Assembly (NCBI GenBank): GCA_027489875.1 | Contig: JAIXZE010000292.1 | Span: 402 to 64,401 of the forward strand | Length of the DNA stretch: 64,000 bases | Source of the DNA: Verrucomicrobiales bacterium | Lineage (GTDB): Bacteria; Verrucomicrobiota; Verrucomicrobiia; Limisphaerales; UBA9464 | Direction of reading: 5' to 3' | In this document: positions 26,645-34,295 of the stretch, piece by piece | Layout of the letters: every line of letters starts with the position of its first letter | Position numbering within the stretch: position 1 is the first letter of the stretch | Position numbers and translations under genes: made by a program | The notes under the pieces: generated by a model | Database searches by the model: none | Told to the model about the DNA's origin: nothing | What the model saw: only the letters and a program-made list of their open reading frames with translations

Positions 26645-27202
26645 ATGGCTACATTCAGAGAAGCGGCAGCAGAGGAGTTTGGTTGGAAAACCGAGGATTT
26701 TGAGGCGAAAGCGTTCCTGTATTGCCTGGATCCATTTCCAAGGTTCATCGCGCGGGTGCTTTGGCTCTGGCGTGATCGGTTGTTCCGCGAGGATATCGCG
26801 GCGATGCGGATGGTTTCGGAACTGACGAACTACAACGACATCTTCCAGATCGCGCAGAGTTTCGGCGACGCCCGGCGGGATCAGAATTTCCTGCGGGATC
26901 GGATGGGGGTGCGGCCACGCGGCCGTCGGTTGTTGTCGTTGGCGCGGGAGATCCTTCCAGGGCGCAAGTCGAGGGACGGCAAGGTGGAATCCGCCTACGC
27001 CCCGGGAGCGACGTGGAGGACGGATGGCATCGGGGCTGGCCGGGAGGATGAAGCAGGGGGATCCGACTCCGGGCTGGGTGAAGTTTCGGCGGATGAAGCC
27101 GGGGAAGCCTCACCGGACCAAAGGTTGGTGAAGAAGCCCAAGGTGAGTGCACGCCCCGCTGTCGGGATTTCGGCGTGGCGGAAGAAGCCTGGGTCTGAGT
27201 GA
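26645..27202 (+). CDS. Hypothetical protein (185 aa), acidic/basic low-complexity C-terminus
   Basis: MATFREAAAEEFGWKTEDFEAKAFLYCLDPFPRFIARVLWLWRDRLF... has normal composition and a lower-GC 5' half. No recognisable domain. Confidence 0.6.
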   Translation: MATFREAAAEEFGWKTEDFEAKAFLYCLDPFPRFIARVLWLWRDRLFREDIAAMRMVSELTNYNDIFQIAQSFGDARRDQNFLRDRMGVRPRGRRLLSLAREILPGRKSRDGKVESAYAPGATWRTDGIGAGREDEAGGSDSGLGEVSADEAGEASPDQRLVKKPKVSARPAVGISAWRKKPGSE

Positions 27203-27204
27203 GC

Positions 27205-27311
27205 CGCCGGGTGGGGGCACCCGGCCTACAGACCGGTTCGCCGGGTGGGGGCACCCGGCCTGCAGACGGGTTTGCCGGGTGGGGGCCACCCGGCGGCCAG
27301 ACAGAGCGGCC
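27205..27311. repeat. Tandem array of about 3.3 units of a 34-35-bp repeat, each with hairpin CCGGGTG-GGGG-CACCCGG
   Basis: Units start at 27205, 27240 and 27274 (GCCGGGTGGGGGCACCCGGCCTRCAGACSGGTTY). The array fills the whole gap between the convergent genes ending at 27202 and 27316. A related single hairpin lies at 63933-63950. Confidence 0.85.
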
Positions 27312-27315
27312 GGGT

Positions 27316-27687
27316 TTAGTCGGGCTTGTGGACGGAATGGCACGCCTTGCAGTTGGAGGCGGTCTTCCAGGCGTCGAGAGCCCCCGGTTGCTGGGCGACG
27401 AGGGCCTTGGCGGCGGCGTGGAGCGCCGTGGTCTTCTGGGTCCAGCTGGCGAGATCCCCCTTGGTGGGGGTGTTGAGCGTCAGTTGGTAGGTCAGGTCGA
27501 CCATGGTCTGATGGTCGGCGGCACTGCCTTCACCCTTGGAGACCTTGGCGTTGAGGGATTCCTTGCCCTTGAATCCGGATTCCATGACCTGCTCGATGGA
27601 TTGGGAGGGCTTGGGCTTGGTGGCGCAGCCGGCCATGAAGGCGGCGGTGGCAGCCGCGACGGCGAGGAGTCGGAGATGGCGTTGCAT
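27316..27687 (-). CDS. Lipoprotein, class-II (four-helix-bundle type) cytochrome c with C-terminal CxxCH
   Basis: MQRHLRLLAVAAATAAFMAGC is a lipobox, and CKACH lies 6 residues from the C-terminus as in cytochrome c'/c556. ATG at 27687; the longer track ORF to 27960 reads through a repeat element. Confidence 0.75.
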   Translation of the reverse strand: MQRHLRLLAVAAATAAFMAGCATKPKPSQSIEQVMESGFKGKESLNAKVSKGEGSAADHQTMVDLTYQLTLNTPTKGDLASWTQKTTALHAAAKALVAQQPGALDAWKTASNCKACHSVHKPD

Positions 27688-27810
27688 ATCGAGTACTGAT
27701 GCTTCGGGATGTGTTCGTGAAAGGAGGTCCCGGAACGCAATGGCACCGAAACCTTGGACAAGGGAAGCGTGAACCAGCGACCGGGCCAAGCGTTTCCTGC
27801 GGTGGATGGG

Positions 27811-27945
27811 GGGCGCATCTTGACACTGCCCCCTTTTGGGAAGGATTCGGGGTGGCGATGTCCTCATCGCCTTGGGAATGGCTTTGGAATGGCGACGAGG
27901 ACGTCGCCTCCCCGTTGCGTGCGGGGGCAGTATCAAGATGCGCCC
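27811..27945 (-). mobile_element. MITE-like interspersed repeat, copy 2 (best-preserved, 135 bp)
   Basis: Terminal inverted repeats are GGGCGCATCTTGACACTGCCCCC (27811-27833) and GGGGGCAGTATCAAGATGCGCCC (27923-27945), matching at 22 of 23 positions. Internal palindromic units are GGCGATGTCCTCATCGCC (27854-27871) and GGCGACGAGGACGTCGCC (27891-27908). Confidence 0.8.
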
Positions 27946-28007
27946 GTGGATGGGGCACACGGAGAATTGGCCTTCGCTCCGGAGTGGATCACGGCTAGTG
28001 TTTCTCC

Positions 28008-29492
28008 ATGGCCAAGATCGTACTCGTCGACGACGAGCTGACCATGGTCCAGATGGTCGCGGAGGTTCTGCGTGGGGAAGGCCACGAGGTTTTTCCCTTC
28101 ACCAGTCCGGTCGGTGTTCCTGAAGCATTGGTGGAACGTCAGCCGGATCTCGTGATCACGGACCTGTATCTGGACAAGACCAAGCCGCACGGGATGGAGA
28201 TCATCCGCAAGGCGCGGGCGCTCAATCCGCCGGCAGTGGTCATCATGGTGACGGGGTTCGGAACGGTGGAAAGTGCTGTCGAGGCCATGCGCCTCGGTGC
28301 GTACGACTACCTCGAGAAGCCCTTCAAGCTCGAAGAACTGAAGCTCTGCGTGCAGCGGGCGCTGACCTACACCCAGACGGTGCAGGAGAATTCGCAACTG
28401 CGGCGCGAGCTCCGGCAGAAGTACGGGTTCAGCCAGATCATCGGTGCCAGCGAGCGCATGCAGGAGGTCTTCCGCATGATCGAACGGGTGGCGGACACCG
28501 AAGCGACCGTGCTCATCCTGGGAGAGAGCGGTACGGGCAAGGAGTTGGTCGCCCGGGCGCTTCATTACAATTCCCGTCGGGCCAGCGGTCCCTTCATCCC
28601 CATCAACTGTTCGGCACTGCCTGAGAACCTTCTGGAATCCGAACTTTTCGGGCATCGGAAGGGGGCCTTCACCGGTGCCGTGTCGGACAAGAACGGCCTT
28701 TTCCACGACGCGGACGGGGGCACCATCTTCCTGGATGAGATCGGGACCATGCCGGCCCAGTTGCAGAGCCGGTTGCTGCGCGTCCTTCAGGAGAAGGAGG
28801 TCCGGCGGGTGGGTGACAACGTCGCCGTGCACGTCAACGTCCGGGTTCTCGCCGCAACCAACGAGCATCTGGAGCAGTTGGTCCGGGACGGCAAGTTCCG
28901 GGAAGATCTCTACTACCGATTGAACGTGGTCCCGATCGCGATGCCTGCGCTCCGGGATCGGAAGGACGACATCCCGATGCTGGTGTCCCACTTCCTGCGG
29001 GACAAGGTGCACTCCCGGTCGGGTCAGGTTTGCCGGATCACCCAGCGCGCGATGGATGCCCTGTGCGCGCATGCCTGGCCCGGCAACGTTCGGGAATTGG
29101 AGAATGCGGTGGAGCGGGCCTGCGTGTTGTCCGATCTGCCATTGCTCCGCGCTCGGGATCTGCCGCCGGTTGTCCAGCGTCTCGCCTCGACGGATGCCGC
29201 CTCGGAGGACACCGAAGCAGTGGCGTTGGTGGAACCGGTTGGACAGGAAGCGCTGCGCCGTCCAGGGGCGGCGGGCGGACCCGGGGAGCCGGCTTTGTCG
29301 TCCACCGGGGCTTCGGCTGCGGGCGGAGGATTTCCAACGCACGTGGTGAGTCTGCGCCGTTTCATCCGGGATCAGGAAGTGGCCTATCTCCAGCACGTGC
29401 TGAAGCTGGCGAACCAGAACAAGGAAGAGGCGGCCCGGTTGTTGGATATCTCCTTGGCGACGCTCTACCGGAAGCTGTCGGACGAGGAATGA
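28008..29492 (+). CDS. Sigma-54-dependent response regulator (NtrC family: receiver + AAA+ + Fis-type HTH)
   Basis: Receiver domain KIVLVDDE...DLVITDLYL. AAA+ domain GESGTGKELVARALH, with the GAFTGA loop (RKGAFTGA) and IFLDEIG. C-terminal HTH AARLLDISLATLYRKL. Confidence 0.93.
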   Translation: MAKIVLVDDELTMVQMVAEVLRGEGHEVFPFTSPVGVPEALVERQPDLVITDLYLDKTKPHGMEIIRKARALNPPAVVIMVTGFGTVESAVEAMRLGAYDYLEKPFKLEELKLCVQRALTYTQTVQENSQLRRELRQKYGFSQIIGASERMQEVFRMIERVADTEATVLILGESGTGKELVARALHYNSRRASGPFIPINCSALPENLLESELFGHRKGAFTGAVSDKNGLFHDADGGTIFLDEIGTMPAQLQSRLLRVLQEKEVRRVGDNVAVHVNVRVLAATNEHLEQLVRDGKFREDLYYRLNVVPIAMPALRDRKDDIPMLVSHFLRDKVHSRSGQVCRITQRAMDALCAHAWPGNVRELENAVERACVLSDLPLLRARDLPPVVQRLASTDAASEDTEAVALVEPVGQEALRRPGAAGGPGEPALSSTGASAAGGGFPTHVVSLRRFIRDQEVAYLQHVLKLANQNKEEAARLLDISLATLYRKLSDEE

Positions 29493-29531
29493 CCGTTGGA
29501 AGGGCGGCCGGACGCCCTCGTGGCCGCCGCG

Positions 29532-29571
29532 TTTGCATCCGCGCGTCGCATATGCGACGTCCAGATGCAAA
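29532..29571. promoter_or_regulatory. Nested palindrome (candidate transcription-factor/enhancer site) upstream of the Rieske gene
   Basis: TTTGCATC-CGCGC-GTCGCATATGCGAC-GTCCA-GATGCAAA: a perfect 14-bp palindrome flanked by an 8-bp inverted repeat. Confidence 0.35.
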
Positions 29572-29855
29572 TCGCCCTGCGACTCGTCCCTGCTCGGGCA
29601 AGGGTCCGCGGAGGTTCCTGCACCGCGGGTGGCCTGTCTTTTTTCGAGGTGCCGTTCTTCTTTCTTGCCTTGGCGATGGCAAAAAACGCAAACACGCCCA
29701 CCTTGTCCCGAGCCTGCGACCTTCCGGAGGGCGTTTCCCTGCCCGGGGTGGCTCTCGGAGCCAGCAGGCCAGTGGTGAGGCAAGGCTCCCAGGGAGTCCC
29801 GCGGAGGATCATGTCCCGGGATCCGGATGGGGTGGGTGGAATCAGCGATCCAGAT

Positions 29856-30404
29856 ATGTCGGAATCGGAATCAAGTACGACGGCCAGTCGTCGCAGCTTC
29901 CTGAAGGAGGGTGCGGCGTGTGTGGTGGGCGCGTGTTGCGTCGGTGTGCCTGCGGTGGCAGGACTCGTGGCGTGGCTGGATCCCTTGTCCCAGGACGGGA
30001 GTTCCGGCGATGTGGCGACACGGGTGGCGACATTGAACGCCCTGCCGGCTGACGGGACCCCGCAGCGCGTGACCGTGGTTCGTGGGCGGAGTGATGCCTG
30101 GACGCGGGATGGAGCGGTTCCGGTGGGAGCGATTTACCTGAGGAAGACGGGAGAGCGGGCGGTTCAGGCGCTGCACTCGATGTGTCCGCACGCGGGATGT
30201 TTCGTCGACTATCAGGCGGCCCGGGGCGTTTTCTTTTGTCCGTGCCACGACAGCACGTTTGCAGTGGACGGGAGCATCAATGATCCGCATTCGCCGAGTC
30301 CGCGCGGGTTGGATGCGTTGGAGGTGGAGTTGAAGGGCGACGAGGTGTGGGTGCGGTTCCGCAATTATCGCACGGGCATTCAGCAGAAGGTTCCGGTGTC
30401 ATGA
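29856..30404 (+). CDS. Rieske [2Fe-2S] subunit of a cytochrome bc-type complex (Tat signal)
   Basis: SRRSFLKEGAACVVGA is Tat-like. CPHAGCFV...CPCHDSTF is the Rieske CxH/CxxH pair. An alternative ATG lies at 29811; the track start at 29496 is implausible. Confidence 0.85.
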   Translation: MSESESSTTASRRSFLKEGAACVVGACCVGVPAVAGLVAWLDPLSQDGSSGDVATRVATLNALPADGTPQRVTVVRGRSDAWTRDGAVPVGAIYLRKTGERAVQALHSMCPHAGCFVDYQAARGVFFCPCHDSTFAVDGSINDPHSPSPRGLDALEVELKGDEVWVRFRNYRTGIQQKVPVS

Positions 30405-32212
30405 AGGGTTTGATTTCGTGGTTGGACAATCGCACGGGGATGAACGGGCTGTTGAAGGAGGCCCTGTTCGAGCGGATCCCTGGAGGCGCGCGATGGCGAT
30501 ACGTCTGGGGGAGCACGCTGACGTTCTGCTTCGTGGTGCAGATCCTGACGGGGGTGGTCCTGTGGATGGCCTACAGCCCGAGTGCGGGGACGGCCTGGGA
30601 GAGTGTCTACTACATCCAGCATGAGATGACCGGAGGATGGTTGCTGCGCGGTTTGCATCACTACACGGCGCAGGCGATGCACGTGTTGCTGGCGCTCCAC
30701 CTGCTGCAGGTGATCATCGATGGGGCATACAAGGCTCCGCGGGAGGTGAATTTCTGGTTCGGACTGGTGCTGCTGTTCCTGACGCTGGGTTTGGGACTCA
30801 CGGGATACCTGCTGCCTTGGGATCAGAAGGGATACGGGGCGACCAAGGTGGCGACGAGCCTTGCCGGCGTCGTGCCGGTCATCGGGCCCTCGTTGCAGAA
30901 GCTGGTGGTGGGTGGGACGGAGTATGGCCACCACACCTTGACACGTTTCTTCGCCCTGCACGCCGGCGTGCTGCCCGGTTTGATGATCGCGGCAATCGCA
31001 GCCCACGTGGCGCTCTTCCGGAAGCACGGCATCACGGCCAAGCAACCGTACAAGAAGCCGGATGCGAACTTCTGGCCGGACCAGGTGCTGATGGATGGGG
31101 TGGCGTGTCTGGCGGTGCTCGGTGCGGTGCTGTACTTCACGGTGCGGCATCACGGCGCGGAGTTGTATGCACCGGCGGATCCCACCCAGCCGTTCAATGC
31201 CGCACGGCCGGAGTGGTATTTCCTGTTCCTGTTCGAGTTCCTCAAGTTGCACATCCTGACGGATTGGTTCGGGCATCACGGGGAACTGGTTGGGGCGATC
31301 ATCGTCCCTGGCTTGATTGCGGCCGTGCTGGCCGCCATGCCGTTCATCGCGGTCCGGCGGCACGGGCACCGGTTCAATCTCGCGTTCCTCTCGGTGCTCC
31401 TCGTGGGGGCCGGGTTGCTGACGCTTCGTTCCATCCGGTCCGACCGGAACAATCCCGAATTCCAGGCGGCCATGACGCAGGCAAAGGCAGAGTCCGACCG
31501 TGTGGTGGCGCTGATCCAGGCGAACCGCGGGATTCCCCGGGCGGGCGCGGCTGCGTTGTTGAAGGAAGATCCGTCGACGGTGGGGCCGAGGATGTTCGCG
31601 CAGCATTGCGCCAGTTGCCATCGGTACGACGGGCACGACGGGTTGGGTGGGGTGTCGAAGGAGTTGGCCAGTGCGCCCGACCTGAAGGACTTTGGGTCGC
31701 GGGCGTGGCTTGCGGGATTGCTGGAGGCGGGGCGGATCACGAACCACTCGTACTACGGCGGAACCAAGTTTCGCGAAGGCAAGATGGTCAAGTATGTGAC
31801 GACCAAGCTGCCGAAGAAGCACGCCGCTGATCCCTCCGCCCTGGAGGCGATGGTTGCCGCGGTCAGTGCCGAAGCCGCATTGCCGGCACAGGCCGTGGCC
31901 GATGCGCGTGATGCGGCGCTGATCGAGAAGGGTCGCAGCCACGTCCGTGAGACCTTCGGGTGCACCGATTGCCATGCGTTCCGGAAACCGGACGACGAAG
32001 CGTCGGCACCGGACCTGACCGGATGGGGATCGCGGGAGTGGATCATCGGGATCACCACGAACCCCGCGCACGAACGCTTTTACGGAAAGCGCAACGATCG
32101 GATGCCGGCTTTCGGCAAGGAAGGTCGCCTGAGCATGTCCGAGATGGGCCTGCTCGCGGATTGGATCCGTGGGGACACGGCGCCAGAGCGGGTGGTCGCC
32201 GGCATGAAGTAA
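30401..32212 (+). CDS. Cytochrome b (b6 + subunit-IV-like) fused to a C-terminal diheme cytochrome c
   Basis: His pairs GLHHYTAQAMHVLLALH and FFALHAGV...AAHVALF, a PEWYFLF Qo motif, then CASCH and CTDCH heme-c sites. ATGA overlap with the Rieske gene. Confidence 0.9.
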   Translation: MKGLISWLDNRTGMNGLLKEALFERIPGGARWRYVWGSTLTFCFVVQILTGVVLWMAYSPSAGTAWESVYYIQHEMTGGWLLRGLHHYTAQAMHVLLALHLLQVIIDGAYKAPREVNFWFGLVLLFLTLGLGLTGYLLPWDQKGYGATKVATSLAGVVPVIGPSLQKLVVGGTEYGHHTLTRFFALHAGVLPGLMIAAIAAHVALFRKHGITAKQPYKKPDANFWPDQVLMDGVACLAVLGAVLYFTVRHHGAELYAPADPTQPFNAARPEWYFLFLFEFLKLHILTDWFGHHGELVGAIIVPGLIAAVLAAMPFIAVRRHGHRFNLAFLSVLLVGAGLLTLRSIRSDRNNPEFQAAMTQAKAESDRVVALIQANRGIPRAGAAALLKEDPSTVGPRMFAQHCASCHRYDGHDGLGGVSKELASAPDLKDFGSRAWLAGLLEAGRITNHSYYGGTKFREGKMVKYVTTKLPKKHAADPSALEAMVAAVSAEAALPAQAVADARDAALIEKGRSHVRETFGCTDCHAFRKPDDEASAPDLTGWGSREWIIGITTNPAHERFYGKRNDRMPAFGKEGRLSMSEMGLLADWIRGDTAPERVVAGMK

Positions 32213-32243
32213 TCGGGGCGACCGGCACCCGAAAGGGTGGTGT

Positions 32244-33407
32244 TCAGGGGCGCGACAAAGGAGCGGGGATCGGTTCCGCGAGGAGACGGCGGATCTGTTG
32301 TTCGATCCTGGCCTCGCCGCCTCCATTGGATTTCTGGAGTTCGCCCGACCACCAACCGCGGATGTAACCCCGGCGGTCGATGAGGAACAGGGTAGGCCAG
32401 ATGTCGTTGCCCCAGGCGTCCCAGTTGGATTTGTCGGCGTCCAACAGCACCGGGAACTGGATCCGGTCCCGGAGGATGCTGAGGCCGAAGGCAGCGTAAT
32501 CCCGCTCTGCGTCGACCCTGGGCGACTGGATGCCGATGACGCTCAGGCCGTTGTTGGCGAAGCGGCGGTGCCACCGGTTGCAGGCCTGGTTGACCGCCAG
32601 CGAATTGGCGTCTTGAAAGGAGTAGAAGAGGACGACCACGACCCGTCCGCGCAGGGCGGCAAGGCGCGCATTGGTTCCGTTGAGCCATGCGCCCGGCTCG
32701 AGCGTGGCCGGCGCGAGGGGATGGACGCGTTCGTACGCGGCGGTGTTCTGAACGGGGCCAAGAAGGGCAACCCATCGTTGGTTCTGTTCGGGGGTCAGGA
32801 TTCTTTCGGCGGCGGAACGTTCGCCGGCCCGTGCCCGTTCGTAGGGGAGGAGATTGGGAGGCGCGGGTGGGCGTGCGAGCATTCGGGCGCGGCGCTGGAG
32901 ATCATCGGTGGTCTCGAAGAGTCGGCCCAGGTCGCGGACCTGGACGGTGGTCAATTCGAGGGCGTTGATCAGTTCTGCGCGGAGCAGGGCACGGGCACCC
33001 TGGGCCTGAAGTTCGAGTTGGTGGAGTCGGGCGATGCTGGCTTCGCCGTGCTTTTCCCGGAGGTGGCTGAGAACGACTTCGGTGCCGCGATCGAGAATCG
33101 GGTGGATTTCTGATTCCGTCCGTTTGCGGAGGCGCAGCCACTCGGCGTCGATCGGACGAAGGATGGTTTCGAGAGCGTCCAGGTCGGTTCCCTTGACTCC
33201 CAGTTCGCGCTGGGCCTCCGCGGAGTGGATCAGCGGCAGGAGGGTCCGGGGAATGCGGTGATCCTGGGCAGGCAGGGGCTTGCGCGTCAGGGGCTCGTCG
33301 GCGCAGAGCGGAATCGAGGCAAGGAGGAACGGGGCAGCGAGACAGTGGATCCAGCGTCGGACCGCTCCGGGCCTCCCTGCCGAAGGAACGGCGGGGGTGT
33401 GTGACAT
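32244..33407 (-). CDS. Secreted protein with C-terminal DipZ/TlpA-like thioredoxin fold lacking the CxxC pair
   Basis: VVVLFYSFQDANS...VIGIQSPR...NDIWPTLFLIDRRGYIRGWWSGE aligns with FWTYSCINC...WPAEYLID-type redoxins, but the two Cys positions are Asp and Ser. The N-terminal 230 aa or so are helical and of unknown function. Confidence 0.7.
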   Translation of the reverse strand: MSHTPAVPSAGRPGAVRRWIHCLAAPFLLASIPLCADEPLTRKPLPAQDHRIPRTLLPLIHSAEAQRELGVKGTDLDALETILRPIDAEWLRLRKRTESEIHPILDRGTEVVLSHLREKHGEASIARLHQLELQAQGARALLRAELINALELTTVQVRDLGRLFETTDDLQRRARMLARPPAPPNLLPYERARAGERSAAERILTPEQNQRWVALLGPVQNTAAYERVHPLAPATLEPGAWLNGTNARLAALRGRVVVVLFYSFQDANSLAVNQACNRWHRRFANNGLSVIGIQSPRVDAERDYAAFGLSILRDRIQFPVLLDADKSNWDAWGNDIWPTLFLIDRRGYIRGWWSGELQKSNGGGEARIEQQIRRLLAEPIPAPLSRP

Positions 33408-33413
33408 GACGGG

Positions 33414-34181
33414 TTATTGGACCCCGAAGCGCGGCAACTGATCACGGTAGGACCGTGACAAAGTCACGCGGGCACCGGTCGTGAGGGTGATGGTGTACTC
33501 GCCGTGGAAGAGGGGCTGGAGCTCCTTGACGCGGGCAAGGTTGACGATGGAGGTGCGCGAAACGCGGACGAACTGTTCGGTGGGTAGCCGGGTGGCGATG
33601 GAGTTCATCGTCTCCCGGATCAGATGGGAGTGGTTGCCGACGTGCAGCTCCACGTAATTGTCCGCGCTGGCGATCCAGTCGATTTCGGGGATGCGGACGA
33701 AGGTGACCTTGCCGTTGGACTTGACGGGGATGCGCTCGGGTTGGCGCGCGCCGGCCTTCAGGTCTTCCAGCATGGCGGCGAGCTTGCTCTGGAGGTCGTC
33801 CGGCTTTGCGGCGGCGCGGGTGCGTGCACGTTCGAGGGCAAGCCGGAGCCGTTCGCGGTCGAATGGCTTGAGCAGGTAGTCCACGGCGTGGACCTCGAAG
33901 GCCTGGACGGCGTATTGATCGTGGGCGGTGGTGAAGATCACCGCGTAAGGTGCGGACCCGTTGAGCTTCTGGAGGACCTCGAAGCCATTCATCCCGGGCA
34001 TCTGGACGTCGAGGAACAGCAGGTCCGGATGATCGCGGCGGACGGCGATGATGGCTTCGTCGCCATTCTGACATTCCCCGATGACCGTGACTCCGGGTTC
34101 GTTCGCCAGAAACGTTCGGAGTCTCTCCCGGGCGAGCGGTTCATCATCAACCACGATTGCGCGCAGGTCTGCCATCGGCAT
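33414..34181 (-). CDS. LytR/AlgR-family response regulator (receiver + LytTR DNA-binding domain)
   Basis: LRAIVVDDEPLARERL...LLFLDVQMPGMNGFEV...LKPF, then a LytTR region IPVKSNGKVTFVRIPEIDWIASADNYVELHV. ATG at 34181. No adjacent histidine kinase. Confidence 0.88.
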   Translation of the reverse strand: MPMADLRAIVVDDEPLARERLRTFLANEPGVTVIGECQNGDEAIIAVRRDHPDLLFLDVQMPGMNGFEVLQKLNGSAPYAVIFTTAHDQYAVQAFEVHAVDYLLKPFDRERLRLALERARTRAAAKPDDLQSKLAAMLEDLKAGARQPERIPVKSNGKVTFVRIPEIDWIASADNYVELHVGNHSHLIRETMNSIATRLPTEQFVRVSRTSIVNLARVKELQPLFHGEYTITLTTGARVTLSRSYRDQLPRFGVQ

Positions 34182-34227
34182 GAAACCTGTGGCAGAATCC
34201 CTCTTTGTCCAATGGCAAATCCGAATG

Positions 34228-34258
34228 GAAAGGCCCGCGCCACAGGGTGGCGCGGGCC
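34228..34258 (-). terminator. Rho-independent-type terminator after the PSCyt1-FGE gene
   Basis: Perfect 12-bp stem GGCCCGCGCCAC-CCT-GTGGCGCGGGCC, followed on the minus strand by TTTCCATTC. Confidence 0.6.
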
Positions 34259-34295
34259 GTGAAGGGAACACCCGTCTCAGGAAGTGCTGGGAAGC

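Noticed and set aside
27205-27311. Possible CRISPR arrays (also considered for 48477-48660 and 62842-63845).
   Set aside because: The repeat units are contiguous or separated by non-unique sequence. There are too few units, no regular repeat-spacer periodicity and no cas genes in the window.
29600-29855. Search for a sigma-54 -24/-12 promoter in front of the Rieske/cytochrome b operon, next to the NtrC-type activator.
   Set aside because: The candidate GG...GC pairs (TGGCAAAAAACGCA, TGGCTCTCGGAGCC, TGGTGAGGCAAGGC) have 8-9 nt spacing instead of the invariant 10, so no promoter is claimed.
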